The position numbers were made by a program, and so were the translations under genes. Shown here one piece after another: positions 38,504 to 48,658 of a stretch of 53,825 bases of DNA. This stretch comes from an uncultured Rhodospirillaceae bacterium (GTDB lineage: Bacteria; Pseudomonadota; Alphaproteobacteria; GCA-2731375). Numbering within the stretch: position 1 is the first letter of the stretch; each line of letters starts with the position of its first letter. Below the pieces are notes generated by a model. That model searched no databases and was not told where the DNA came from. It saw only the letters and a program-made list of their open reading frames with translations. Location of the stretch: assembly GCA_964507245.1 (NCBI GenBank), contig CAZDQC010000002.1, positions 2,285 to 56,109 on the forward strand, read 5' to 3'.

Positions 38504-39433
38504 ATGAATTTACAAGGTAGAGCTGGCATTGTCACTGGGGCCGGCCGGGGTATCGGACGTGAAGTTGCCTTGTTGTTAGCCAAGGAAGGCGCAAATGTAA
38601 TTGTTAATGACCCGGGCGTAGGGAGAGGCGGAGAGGAAACCGACGAGCGGCCCGCTGACGAAGTAGTCGCTGCTATCGCCGAGGCCGGGGGTAACGCTAT
38701 CGCTAATTTTGACTCCGTCGCGGAGTACGACAATGCCGGGCGCATGGTGGCACAATGCGTCGATAACTTTGGCAAGATCGATTTTCTTATCAACGTTGCC
38801 GGCATGCTCCGAGAGCGCATGATCTGGAACATGACCGAGGAGGATTTTGATCAGGTGATTCTTGTGCACCTGAAAGGCCACTGGAACATGTGCACCCACG
38901 CGGTGAAAGTGATGCGGGGCCAGCGCCATGGCCGTATCGTCAATTTTTCTTCCGACGCTTTTAAGGGATCGGTAGGGCAATGCAACTATGCTGCCGCGAA
39001 GGCTGGAATCATCGGTCTGACCCGGACCATCGCGCGGGAGGCAGGGCGTTATGGAATTACCGCCAATGCTATGTGCCCACTGGCGGCAACACGTATGACT
39101 GTCAACGATGCCGTGATTGCAGGCTGGAAACGGCGCTTAGAAGCGGGATTGCTGACGCAAGCGCAATACGAAAACCGGATGGCCATGCCTGGCCCAGAAT
39201 TTGTCGCGCCAATGGTCGCCTATCTATGTACCGACGAAAGCCGAGACGTGAACGGCCAGCTGTTCCATGCTGAACGCTCAAAAATTCATACTTATTATTT
39301 TGGCGAAGAGGCCCGCGCAATATACAAACACACCGATGGCGGTATGTTTAGTGTTGGGGAGTTAATTGAAACGGTGCCTGCTTCGTTGATGGAAGGTATT
39401 CCTAATATTGCTCCAGCGGAGGATGCAAATTAG
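38504..39433 (+). CDS. SDR family oxidoreductase (MFE-2/hydroxysteroid dehydrogenase-like type)
   Basis: TGAGRGIG, VIVND, VHLKGH, NYAAAK; GGGAGG RBS. Confidence 0.92.
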   Translation: MNLQGRAGIVTGAGRGIGREVALLLAKEGANVIVNDPGVGRGGEETDERPADEVVAAIAEAGGNAIANFDSVAEYDNAGRMVAQCVDNFGKIDFLINVAGMLRERMIWNMTEEDFDQVILVHLKGHWNMCTHAVKVMRGQRHGRIVNFSSDAFKGSVGQCNYAAAKAGIIGLTRTIAREAGRYGITANAMCPLAATRMTVNDAVIAGWKRRLEAGLLTQAQYENRMAMPGPEFVAPMVAYLCTDESRDVNGQLFHAERSKIHTYYFGEEARAIYKHTDGGMFSVGELIETVPASLMEGIPNIAPAEDAN

Positions 39434-39567
39434 CCGATTGAATTAATTTCAATGTTGAGGAGATTTTTGCTGCCGGCGCGGTTTTGCACGGTTGTGGCAA
39501 GCACAATTGTGATGTTCCGCTATTATTCCGATGATGGGAATGGGAAATGAGGCATCAGGAAAGGCTG

Positions 39568-40434
39568 TTACCGATCCGAATGAAACCCAAGCCAGGCATT
39601 CACCATTATCGCCCCAAGGACCAGACTGCCACCGATCAAGGTTTGCATTGGTGGTTGTTCGCTCAGTACATACCACACCCACAAGGGTCCCAATACTGTT
39701 TCCAGCAGCATAATCAGACTGACCTCGGCCGCCGAAATAAGTTTCGGGCCATAGGTGATTAAGCCCATCGCGACGGGTAAAATCAAACCACCATTCAGCG
39801 CAAGAATAGCAAAATCAGTACTGGTGGGTGTGGTTGGTCCGGCCCCCATGAAAAAGGCAAATGCGCCTGCCAAAAAAGACCCTAACCCGATGGCTGCAAG
39901 GGAGTTTATCCGGCGGTTCTGATTGATCGCGACAAGGGCCGCCGCCATGAATAGTGCGACCAGCACCGCCATTGCGTCGCCAAAAAAGCCGCCACTGCCG
40001 ATACGGCCCCAAAACACCATAACGATACCTGCAATGGCCAGCAGAATGGTCAACCAAGTTCGCAGCGGCAAAATTTGGCGCATCAGAACGATCGCCATGA
40101 TTGCCGCCATGAAAGGCATTGCGGCCAGAATAACAAGGGTATTGGCAACCATTGTGTGGGTGATAGAAATTACAAAACATATGTTGCTACCCGTGAACAG
40201 CAGGGCGCAGAACAAACCATCTTTGAAAAGATCACGTAGGGCATACAGTGGGTTGCGCTGTTCGATCCAGGCATTGATGGCGAATAAGCTGGCAGTCATA
40301 AACAAACTGCGCCAGAACAAGGTTGTCCAAAGATCAGCCTCAATAAGGCGCAACATCAGGGCGTCCGGCGTCAGGACTAAAACACCGAAAATAGTCATTA
40401 GCAGACCGCGTTGATGGGAATTCAGTTGGCTCAT
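39568..40434 (-). CDS. DMT/EamA family transporter
   Basis: About 10 TM segments; LTPDALMLRL and AEVSLIMLLETVLGPLWVW...E.P. Confidence 0.88.
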   Translation of the reverse strand: MSQLNSHQRGLLMTIFGVLVLTPDALMLRLIEADLWTTLFWRSLFMTASLFAINAWIEQRNPLYALRDLFKDGLFCALLFTGSNICFVISITHTMVANTLVILAAMPFMAAIMAIVLMRQILPLRTWLTILLAIAGIVMVFWGRIGSGGFFGDAMAVLVALFMAAALVAINQNRRINSLAAIGLGSFLAGAFAFFMGAGPTTPTSTDFAILALNGGLILPVAMGLITYGPKLISAAEVSLIMLLETVLGPLWVWYVLSEQPPMQTLIGGSLVLGAIMVNAWLGFHSDR

Positions 40435-40587
40435 GTTGGGTGTCAATCAGCGGTGGCCGGTTCCTGGACTTGTTGATCCTTGTGCCTTCCGTCAAACTGA
40501 GCGGTGGCGACTATTTTTTGAATTTGGAAAGGTTCCTAGCATGTCCAAGAAGTCTTTGCCCGTTTGTTTACAGGGGAGTGCTCCGAC

Positions 40588-41532
40588 GTGATCGAGCTGT
40601 TGCAGGTGACAGCTCTACCGCCGTTCTTGGTCGAGCGCTTGGAAAAAGAATTCCTCCTTCATGACTACTTAAACGCGGCAGATCCCGACGATCTTGTGGA
40701 CGATGTGAGTCCGCGAATTCGAGGTATTGTGGCAGGCGGCATGAAAGGGGCCAATGCTGACCTGATCAACCGCCTGAAAAATTTGGAAATCATTGCGTCC
40801 TTTAGCGTTGGTTACGACGCTACAGACGTGGTGGCGGCCCAGACCCGCGGCGTGATTGTCACTCATACGCCGGAAGTTTTGACAGGCGATGTGGCTGATT
40901 TGGCCATGACCTTCATCCTTATGGTGCCGCGCCGCATCGGCGAGGCGGAGCGCTTTTTGCGTAACGGGCAATGGCTTGACGGGCGGATGGACCTTGGCAC
41001 TACAGTTCGTGGTAAGCGGCTGGGCATCCTGGGCCTAGGCCGGATTGGCAAGGCGGTCGCCCGGAGGGCAGAAGTCTTTGGCTTGAGTATCTCCTATCAC
41101 GATATCAAGCCCATGGGTGATCTGGTCTATCGGTCATATCCAACAGCTTTGGATTTAGCGCTTGCAAGCGATATTCTGTTGGTTGCTTGCGAAGGTGGCA
41201 CGGCAACCCACGGCCTAGTTGATGTTGATGTTCTGGAAGCCCTGGGCCCGGATGGATATCTGATTAACGCAGCTCGGGGCACTATTGTTGATCAGCAGGC
41301 CCTGATCACTGCCCTAAAGACTGGGATAATTGCAGGCGCCGCCCTGGATGTCTTTGACGGTGAGCCGGAAGTGCCAGCAGAACTGATGTGCATGGAAAAT
41401 CTGGTTCTGACTCCACACATCGCCAGTTCAACGCGTGAGACACGCCGTGCCATGGCTGATCTTGTTTACGATAATTTACGAGCCCACTTCGATGGCAAAC
41501 CGGTTCTGACGCCTGTGCCGCTCCTGGCCTAA
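40588..41532 (+). CDS. D-isomer-specific 2-hydroxyacid dehydrogenase
   Basis: SVGYD, GKRLGILGLGRIG, LINAARG, AALDVFDGEP, LTPHIAS. GGGGAG before the GTG. Confidence 0.94.
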   Translation: MIELLQVTALPPFLVERLEKEFLLHDYLNAADPDDLVDDVSPRIRGIVAGGMKGANADLINRLKNLEIIASFSVGYDATDVVAAQTRGVIVTHTPEVLTGDVADLAMTFILMVPRRIGEAERFLRNGQWLDGRMDLGTTVRGKRLGILGLGRIGKAVARRAEVFGLSISYHDIKPMGDLVYRSYPTALDLALASDILLVACEGGTATHGLVDVDVLEALGPDGYLINAARGTIVDQQALITALKTGIIAGAALDVFDGEPEVPAELMCMENLVLTPHIASSTRETRRAMADLVYDNLRAHFDGKPVLTPVPLLA

Positions 41533-41609
41533 CGTTATTCGTCTGATAGATTTTGGTGGGACCTTGATATAGGATTATGGCTAACAAATAGATGTTCAAG
41601 GAGGAGTGG

Positions 41610-42473
41610 ATGCCTTCAAAACCATTTCACGTAGAGCCATTGGACGCCACATTTGGTGCAAAGATTACCGACCTTAAACTCGCGGAGCTGGACGAACAGG
41701 CGTTTGCAGAACTTTACGAGACGTGGCTGGAATATGCGTTGTTGGTTTTTCCGGCTCAACATCTATCCAATGATGAGCAAGTTGCCTTTGCTAAACGCTT
41801 CGGAGAATTGGAGTTTGAACTGACGGCATTGACCAATGTCAGGGAAGACGGCAGCATCCGTACCAGCGACAATGACGACATGGTTAAGATTTTAAAGGGC
41901 AACATGGGCTGGCACACTGACAGCACATATATGCCGGTGCAGGCCAAAGGCGCTGTCTTCACTGCACACGTGGTGCCGTCAAAGGGAGGAGAGACCGGCT
42001 GGGCTGACATGCGCGCTGGCTACCGTGATCTCGACATGGCTATGAAGGAGAAAATAGCCGATCTGTCTGCTTATCATTCCCTCTATTACAGCCAAAAGAA
42101 GTTTGGCAAAATGAAGGATAAGGAAGATAGTGAATATTTTGGTTATGGCCTTCATGGCCAAGATCCACCTCTGCGGCCCTTGGTCAAAGTGCACCCGGAA
42201 ACGGGCGTCACGGCTATGACTATAGGGCGCCACGCCTATGGCATACCGGGACTGAGCGAAGAAGAGTCAGAAGAATTGTTGCGGGATCTGGTAGATTTCG
42301 CTTGTCAGGAACCGCGCGTTTATCAACATAGCTGGCATCCAGGCGATTTGGTTGTCTGGGACAACCGCTGCTTGATGCACCGAGGTTATCCGTGGGACAT
42401 GATGGAGCCACGAGTGATGTACCACGCTCGCATTGCCGGCGATCTGAAGACGGAATTTGCTGCCCACGCTTGA
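41610..42473 (+). CDS. TauD/TfdA dioxygenase, SdpA-like ((S)-phenoxypropionate dioxygenase clade)
   Basis: QHLSNDEQ, GNMGWHTDSTYMPVQAKGAVF, PLRPLVKVHPETG, IGRHA, FACQEPRV, WDNRCLMHR..PWD...PRVM; tracks SdpA as I recall it. Confidence 0.9.
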   Translation: MPSKPFHVEPLDATFGAKITDLKLAELDEQAFAELYETWLEYALLVFPAQHLSNDEQVAFAKRFGELEFELTALTNVREDGSIRTSDNDDMVKILKGNMGWHTDSTYMPVQAKGAVFTAHVVPSKGGETGWADMRAGYRDLDMAMKEKIADLSAYHSLYYSQKKFGKMKDKEDSEYFGYGLHGQDPPLRPLVKVHPETGVTAMTIGRHAYGIPGLSEEESEELLRDLVDFACQEPRVYQHSWHPGDLVVWDNRCLMHRGYPWDMMEPRVMYHARIAGDLKTEFAAHA

Positions 42474-42604
42474 CTTAAATTGTGTTAACGGGACATCCTG
42501 GTTTACTTGGCCAATAACGGCGTCCAAGCTGCTATTTGGAAGAAGGCCATGGGTTGTCTGTTCGGTATTTTCCGCGGCGGACCTAAATTGCAGCAATAGC
42601 CTTC

Positions 42605-43774
42605 CTAAATTGCTAGGTCCTTCAAGTTGTAGTCGCGGATGACCCGGTCAAAGATTTCATCGGTCAACTGAAATTTGTCCTCAAGTCCAGTGAAGGGTTG
42701 ATAGTGAAACGGGGTTTCATCTGGGTGATGCGCCGTACGGGCGTTGATGGCAACGGCAATTACGGCGGACCGCTCAAATACCCGTTTCTCGTCATAGAGA
42801 TCATCCGCGTTCACACTTAGTGCACCCGTTTGGCCCAGTACTGACGACCGACGGTGAAATCCAAAGGTCAAGGAAATCCGCAGATCCGCTGTGGTGTTGG
42901 CAAAGGACCCGTGTAGGCACTGGCGGTTGACAATAGTTACGTCGCCGGCTGCACAAGTCAGGGGTATGGCTCCAGGCAGCATATCGCTACCGTCATTGTC
43001 CTTAACCCGATGCTTGATATCAATGCGGCCCAGTTTGTGGGTGCCGGGGACAACCCACAGACAATTGCCGGACGTGCTAGGATACAGCTGGATTTGAAAA
43101 TTAAATCCGTGGATGCCCTCTTCCCAACGGGGATTATCCCAGTGGGTTACGCCGTCCTGGTGCCAGGCTACGGAACCACCTAGGCCAGGCTGCTTGACGA
43201 AAATCGCGTCGTTGAATGGTACGAAATCGTCACCGTTAATGGCAGCGGCAATAGCCAACAGTTGTGGATGGCCGTATAGCCGCAGCCCAGATGGCATGTT
43301 CTGGCACATATTACGCATGAGGTAGAGTACATCTGCCGGTGCATCATCGGCTGCCTTAGGTTGAGTCATCTGGCTGGGGTGCCGACCGCCGAGAAGATCC
43401 GTACCGCCCCAGGGGTCGGATAGTGGCTTGATGAAAGTATACGGCATGTACGTCTGATCTAGCCCCATGGCGGGGCGACCTTCGGCATCCACCTTCGCTT
43501 CACGATTGATCGGTGCACGAGCGATCATATTGTTGGCATCGATCCGCAACTCCGTTAACTCGTCGGGTTTGATCACATCCTCGATGACATAAAATCCTTT
43601 TTCCCAATATGCCGTGAGAATATCGGGATGGATGTTACCGTCCTGGCAAAACTTTAGAGGCCCGCGATTGCCTACCTCTTTCGCGAGGCGCTCCCCTTCT
43701 GCACGATATGCCATCATGGAGGTGGCGTGTTCTTCCCGAGTAGGGCGGTGCGATGGAGAAGACAAATTGTTCAT
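42605..43774 (-). CDS. Phytanoyl-CoA dioxygenase (PhyH) family protein
   Basis: KQPGLGGSVAWHQD, CLWVVPGTH, AGDV....LHGSFAN...R. Start uncertain. Confidence 0.88.
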   Translation of the reverse strand: MNNLSSPSHRPTREEHATSMMAYRAEGERLAKEVGNRGPLKFCQDGNIHPDILTAYWEKGFYVIEDVIKPDELTELRIDANNMIARAPINREAKVDAEGRPAMGLDQTYMPYTFIKPLSDPWGGTDLLGGRHPSQMTQPKAADDAPADVLYLMRNMCQNMPSGLRLYGHPQLLAIAAAINGDDFVPFNDAIFVKQPGLGGSVAWHQDGVTHWDNPRWEEGIHGFNFQIQLYPSTSGNCLWVVPGTHKLGRIDIKHRVKDNDGSDMLPGAIPLTCAAGDVTIVNRQCLHGSFANTTADLRISLTFGFHRRSSVLGQTGALSVNADDLYDEKRVFERSAVIAVAINARTAHHPDETPFHYQPFTGLEDKFQLTDEIFDRVIRDYNLKDLAI

Positions 43775-43847
43775 GTCATGGATCCAGGTTTCGTGACGGT
43801 ATTTTTTGATGAGGCTAATACTCTCGGATGAATTGTCACAAGCCAAC

Positions 43848-44393
43848 TCAAGGCAGGGGAAATTCCTCTAGATAGGAGGTGTAACAGTCCTCTACGTCAA
43901 TTTCCAGGCTGCCCAGCAGGCGAACAACGGCGTTATAGAAGGCGATGACGATGGTCAGGTCGACCAGCAGCTCCTCGTTTAGATGCGTTTTCAATTTGGC
44001 GAAGGTAGCTTCTGAGATCTTGCCCTCCTCCGTCATTTCCCGTGCCGCCCGCAGCACCGCTCGATCCAGTTGCGGTAATCCGCTGTTGCGGCCTTTGGTC
44101 TCGGTGATCATGGCGTGGATGTCATCATCGGTAACCCCGAAATCTCGGCCGATCTTTATGTGATGGCTGTATTCGTACTCACTGCGAGCCAGGTAGCCAA
44201 CTTGCAGGATGGCCAGTTCGCGCAGACGTGGGTCCAGTTTTGAACCAAATCGAATATATTGTCCTATATTGCCGAAGTTGCGAGCGCCGCCGGGACTGTG
44301 CACCAGGGCGCGGTGCAAATTTATGTTCCGTTTTAAGAGGTCTTTGTCTTCATCCTCAAGATCGTCCAAGTCGAGATAGGAAATACGCGCCAT
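43848..44393 (-). CDS. Carboxymuconolactone decarboxylase/AhpD-like protein
   Basis: MARISYL, LDPRLRELAILQVG....SEYEYSHH, VDLTIVIAFYN. GGAGG RBS; no CxxC. Confidence 0.9.
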   Translation of the reverse strand: MARISYLDLDDLEDEDKDLLKRNINLHRALVHSPGGARNFGNIGQYIRFGSKLDPRLRELAILQVGYLARSEYEYSHHIKIGRDFGVTDDDIHAMITETKGRNSGLPQLDRAVLRAAREMTEEGKISEATFAKLKTHLNEELLVDLTIVIAFYNAVVRLLGSLEIDVEDCYTSYLEEFPLP

Positions 44394-44409
44394 GGGATGC
44401 CTCCAGTTC

Positions 44410-45225
44410 TCAGGCGTTGGGGTCGCGGGCTGGGCCGGAGATGGTAATGCCGCCATCCACGACCAAGGTCTGGCCGGTGATATATCGTGCCCGGGCGGAA
44501 CATAGAAAGACCACCGCGTTACCTATATCCCAGCCGCTGCCCTCAATGCCCAGTGGCGAGGCCTTGCGCCGGCCTTCGCGGGCTGTTTCCGACATGCCCC
44601 GGCTGTAGACCATGGGCGTGTAGACGGGACCAGGTGCGATGCAATTGGCTCGCACTCCATCGGCGGCGTGGTCCATGGCCATGGCCCGGGTCAAGGCAAT
44701 TACCGCGCCCTTCGAGGCGGAATAGGCGGTCAGCCCCCGTGGTCGTAGGGCAGAGATGGAGGAGACATTGACTATGGCACCGCCGTCGCCACCATCTATC
44801 ATAGCGGGAATGGCATACTTCGCGGCCAGGAACATGGATTGTACGTTGATGCGCATGACTCGGTCCCAGTTCTCCATGGTCTCCTCCACCACCGATCCCT
44901 GGCTGCCAATACCCACATTGTTATCCAGAACATCTACGCGGCCATAGGCCTCCATGGCCTTGTCAACCATAGCCTCGCAGTCAGCTTCTCTGGTGGTTTC
45001 TGCTTGGTGTGCAAAGGCCTCACCGCCTTCTGCCTCGATCATTTTGACAGTTTCAGTTGCCCGCCCCAGATCTCGATCCACGCACAAGATCCTGGCGCCG
45101 GCCTTGGCCAAAAGGACGGCAGCGGCGCGGCCGTTGCCGATACCCCCTTCCGCTGCGCCCGCGCCTGAGACAATAGCAACCTTACCGTCCAGTTGGTCAT
45201 CATTAGGAGCGAAAATTTTCGCCAT
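44410..45225 (-). CDS. SDR family oxidoreductase
   Basis: SGAG...GIGNG, DNNVG, YSASK, NCIAPG, YITGQTLVVDGG. Confidence 0.93.
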   Translation of the reverse strand: MAKIFAPNDDQLDGKVAIVSGAGAAEGGIGNGRAAAVLLAKAGARILCVDRDLGRATETVKMIEAEGGEAFAHQAETTREADCEAMVDKAMEAYGRVDVLDNNVGIGSQGSVVEETMENWDRVMRINVQSMFLAAKYAIPAMIDGGDGGAIVNVSSISALRPRGLTAYSASKGAVIALTRAMAMDHAADGVRANCIAPGPVYTPMVYSRGMSETAREGRRKASPLGIEGSGWDIGNAVVFLCSARARYITGQTLVVDGGITISGPARDPNA

Positions 45226-45244
45226 GCGTTTCCTCCATCTCTTT

Positions 45245-46456
45245 TTATTTTGCCGTAATCGGTCTTAGTGGGCTCCCACTCAGGCGATAGGAAAGTATCA
45301 CAATCAGATTGCCGCAACCCATGAACGTGGCAAAAGCGAAGGACCATGTATAGTCGCCACTGATATCGAACAATGCCCCGCCCATATAGCTGCCCAGACC
45401 CATGCCGATCCAGGCGAACAGGTTAACGATGGCCCAGCAACGGGCGGCGACCTTCTCTGGAACCATGAAGTTGACGCAAATAATCATGGACGACATGACC
45501 CCGGAAAAGAAAAATCCGAACACCGCCGCGAGAATATAAATAGCGGCTAAGGATTGCATGTGAGGGAACCAGGCCACTAGGCAAGTCTGCCCCAGGGACA
45601 TGCATGCATACGTTTGTAGCGGTCCTATCATGTCGCACAGTTTACCGGAACAGAGCCGACCCATGGCACCCGCTACCATGATTGTAGTCAGTACGGATGC
45701 AGCTATTTCTGGCGTGAAGCCAGTATCGGACAGGGCCGGGACAACGTGCACGGTAGCTACGGACATACAGGAACAACAAAAAATCGTAGCGACGGAGAGC
45801 CAGATCACTGTGCTCTTAGCTGATCCAAGGGCCCAGGCCCCGCCAGCATCCGCACCGTCTTTGATAGCGGCAATGCGCGCCCGCTTCATTGGTGGATCCC
45901 GGGTCAGCGTTGCGACGGCCATACCCAACAGTAAATATACCAAACCCAGGATCAGATAGGCGGTTTGCCAATCAAATGCTGAGATCAGCAAGCTAGCGCA
46001 AAAAGGTACAGCCGCTTGACCGAAGGCGCTGCCGGCCAGACCGACACCCAGGGCCAGGCCCTTATTGTGGGTAAACCACTGCCCAATATTAGCCCAAACC
46101 GTGCAGGCAATGGCGGCATGGCCGAAGGCGCCGAAAAGAAAATAGGCCAAGTAAAATTGCCAGATCGCCGAGATTTGGCTGAGCAGTAACAGACCAGTAG
46201 CTAAGGCCGTTGCGCCCATAAACATAAATCGCCGGGTCGGTTTGCGGTCGGCAAAATAACCCAAGGGAATTCCAAATGCTGCCGCGGAAAATGCGGCGAT
46301 GGTGTATCCGGCGGCCGTCGCGCCCCGTGACCAGCCAAACTCCGCGATTAACGGCTTCAGGAAAACACCAACGGAGGCCAGACCGCCAAAACTCATAGCA
46401 GACAAGGTGAACCCTACAAACACCATGACCCAACCGCGGTAGCTGTCCGACTTCAT
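45245..46456 (-). CDS. MFS transporter (OFA/MCT-like)
   Basis: YRGWVMV, GVFLKPLIAEFGWSRG, QWFTHNKGLALG, GGALFDISGDY; about 12 TM segments. Confidence 0.9.
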   Translation of the reverse strand: MKSDSYRGWVMVFVGFTLSAMSFGGLASVGVFLKPLIAEFGWSRGATAAGYTIAAFSAAAFGIPLGYFADRKPTRRFMFMGATALATGLLLLSQISAIWQFYLAYFLFGAFGHAAIACTVWANIGQWFTHNKGLALGVGLAGSAFGQAAVPFCASLLISAFDWQTAYLILGLVYLLLGMAVATLTRDPPMKRARIAAIKDGADAGGAWALGSAKSTVIWLSVATIFCCSCMSVATVHVVPALSDTGFTPEIAASVLTTIMVAGAMGRLCSGKLCDMIGPLQTYACMSLGQTCLVAWFPHMQSLAAIYILAAVFGFFFSGVMSSMIICVNFMVPEKVAARCWAIVNLFAWIGMGLGSYMGGALFDISGDYTWSFAFATFMGCGNLIVILSYRLSGSPLRPITAK

Positions 46457-46574
46457 ACTCGTCACTTCCCCAACCAAATGGTGCCGTGAGTCTAGCAGGC
46501 TCCGCCATGCTTGCCATCCATTGTCGGTCGGGGTAATCGCAGGTCAATAATCTCACCAACACTGGAGGCCACAT

Positions 46575-46938
46575 ATGCCGCTATCCCAAGCCATGGAACG
46601 AGGACAAATTCGCAACCGCGCGATTTAGATAACTGCCTATCAGCGCGCTGTCGGCGTAGTGGATGCGGAAGGTCATAATTCGGATATCAAGCCGTATTAG
46701 CCACGTCCGATTTGACCTATAACCTGGAAACCATCAAACTCAATTCTCCCCAGAATTTTATGCGCCGGCGAGGCAGCAGATTGGAAATTGTCCAGGGTGT
46801 AGTCTATCTGGATCGACCTACGGAGCAATTTGTCGAGTGTTTGGTCTTGATCATGAATGCCAGCGGCAACATCTGACGCGATTATTGGCTCCTGATGCAA
46901 AACCGGATCATTTCTGGGTCGATTACGGCGTTGAATAG
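46575..46938 (+). pseudogene. Degraded DUF2889-family gene
   Basis: GGAGG RBS then MPLSQAMERGQIRNRAI*ITAYQRAVGVVDAEGHNSDIKPY* (TAG at 46626 and 46698). Later frames give RLEIVQGVVYLDRP and AICRVFG..EC...HLTRLLAP, resembling DUF2889 (MPLS...R...H.R.I...Y.R.DG..D.EGH..D.K.Y ... GC.HL.ELL.P). Confidence 0.7.
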
Positions 46939-46983
46939 CATTACCTTGAGGACGAACGTCCAATCAGAATAGGGAACGGCGAC

Positions 46984-47742
46984 ATGAGTGGAGAAGGCAA
47001 GGTAGCCATTGTGACGGGTGCGGGATCAGGCGTTGGCCGCGGTGCAGCTGTTGCGTTGCTTTCGGAAGGTTATTCGGTGGTTCTGGCCGGTCGGCGGGAG
47101 GGTGCTTTGGAGGAAACTATAGCTGAGGCTGGCGTAGATGCTAGACGGGCAATTGCCGTCGTCACGGATGTTACTGATCCCGATGACTGTGCCGCACTGT
47201 TTGGCGCGACGACAAAGGCATTCAGCCGGCTGGATCTGTTGTTCAACAACGCTGGGGCCGGTGCGCCGCCAGTGAACCTCGAGGATCTAACGTTCGAACA
47301 ATGGTCAATGGTAGTGAACGTCAACCTGACGGGCGTGTTCCTGTGCACGCAAGAGGCATTCCGGGTAATGAAGGCTCAGGATCCAATGGGTGGCCGTATC
47401 ATCAACAACGGCTCTATATCGGCCCACACGCCACGGCCAAACTCTTCGCCCTATACCTCAACCAAGCACGCGGTGACCGGCTTGACTAAATCCACCTCCC
47501 TGGATGGCCGGAAATACAATATCGCTTGTGGCCAGATTGATATCGGCAATGCCCTGACGCCCATGACCGGACGCATGGTCGATGGCGTGCCTCAGGCGGA
47601 CGGTTCCATTAAGCCGGAGCCCGTCATGGACGTAGATAATGTATCGAAGGCAATCGTCTACATGGCCAGCTTACCCTTGGATGCTAATATACAAACGCTA
47701 ACGGTCATGGCGACGCAAATGCCCTTCGTGGGCCGAGGCTAG
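46984..47742 (+). CDS. SDR family oxidoreductase
   Basis: [52 protein letters not shown]. Confidence 0.93.
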   Translation: MSGEGKVAIVTGAGSGVGRGAAVALLSEGYSVVLAGRREGALEETIAEAGVDARRAIAVVTDVTDPDDCAALFGATTKAFSRLDLLFNNAGAGAPPVNLEDLTFEQWSMVVNVNLTGVFLCTQEAFRVMKAQDPMGGRIINNGSISAHTPRPNSSPYTSTKHAVTGLTKSTSLDGRKYNIACGQIDIGNALTPMTGRMVDGVPQADGSIKPEPVMDVDNVSKAIVYMASLPLDANIQTLTVMATQMPFVGRG

Positions 47743-48012
47743 GACGTTTGAGCCTAATGGTTGACCTGTTCGAACTGGCTTTTATCGAACGCGACCATTT
47801 TAGTCGTGCCGTCGTGGCCGAAGCGGGCAGTTTTACCCTATCTCCTGGCACTCTAAATATACCCAATTGAACGCGATTTCACTGGTCTTGAACATCAGTA
47901 CTTTCATCAAATCAAAATATTTGGGATTTCGAATCTAAATGGACTGATTGGGGTTAGGAGGCTTGGCGGTCTACGGCTAAACTGCGCCCATAACAAAAGA
48001 GGGGACGTTGCT

Positions 48013-48648
48013 ATGGCGGCACTGAACGTGACAGTGGCGGATCATCCGCTGATCCAGCACAAGGTGACTTTGTTGCGCCGGACTGAAACTTCAACTGCTG
48101 AATTCCGACAGTTGCTTGGAGAAATTGCTCTCCTACTAGCATTTGAAGCGACGCGCGATTTGCCCGTGAAGACCGTTCGGATTGAGACGCCGCTAGAGGT
48201 TATGGAAGCGCCGGTGCTGGACGGCATGAAATTGTGTCTGGTGTCGATCCTGAGGGCTGGAAACGGCTTATTGGAGGGCATGCTGGATCTAATCCCCTCG
48301 GCTCGGGTGGGGCATATCGGCATGTACCGTGACCATGATACCCTTGAGGCGGTGGAATATTATCTGAAACTGCCCCATTCCATCGGCGAACGGCAAGTCA
48401 TAGTGGTCGACCCCATGCTGGCCACCGGTAATTCGGCAACCGCTGCTGTGACCCGCCTCAAGGAGGCTGGGGCCCAGAAAATGAAATTCGTCTCTCTCGT
48501 CTCAGCACCAGAAGGGATCGAGACGTTTTCCACTGCCCATCCGGACGTGCCCATTTTGACGGCGGCCATCGATCGCCAGCTGAGCGATATCGGCTATATT
48601 TTGCCCGGACTGGGTGACGCGGGCGACCGGCTGTATGGTACTAAGTAA
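48013..48648 (+). CDS. upp: Uracil phosphoribosyltransferase
   Basis: [53 protein letters not shown]. Confidence 0.97.
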   Translation: MAALNVTVADHPLIQHKVTLLRRTETSTAEFRQLLGEIALLLAFEATRDLPVKTVRIETPLEVMEAPVLDGMKLCLVSILRAGNGLLEGMLDLIPSARVGHIGMYRDHDTLEAVEYYLKLPHSIGERQVIVVDPMLATGNSATAAVTRLKEAGAQKMKFVSLVSAPEGIETFSTAHPDVPILTAAIDRQLSDIGYILPGLGDAGDRLYGTK

Positions 48649-48658
48649 CACAATTGAG

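Noticed and set aside
46626-46700. Pyrrolysine readthrough of the in-frame TAGs
   Set aside because: Multiple stops plus frameshifts fit pseudogene decay; there is no methylamine methyltransferase context.
47743-48012. Short ORF MVDLFELAFIERDHF... and a GAACGCGA direct repeat
   Set aside because: No RBS or family, and one 8-mer repeat is within chance.
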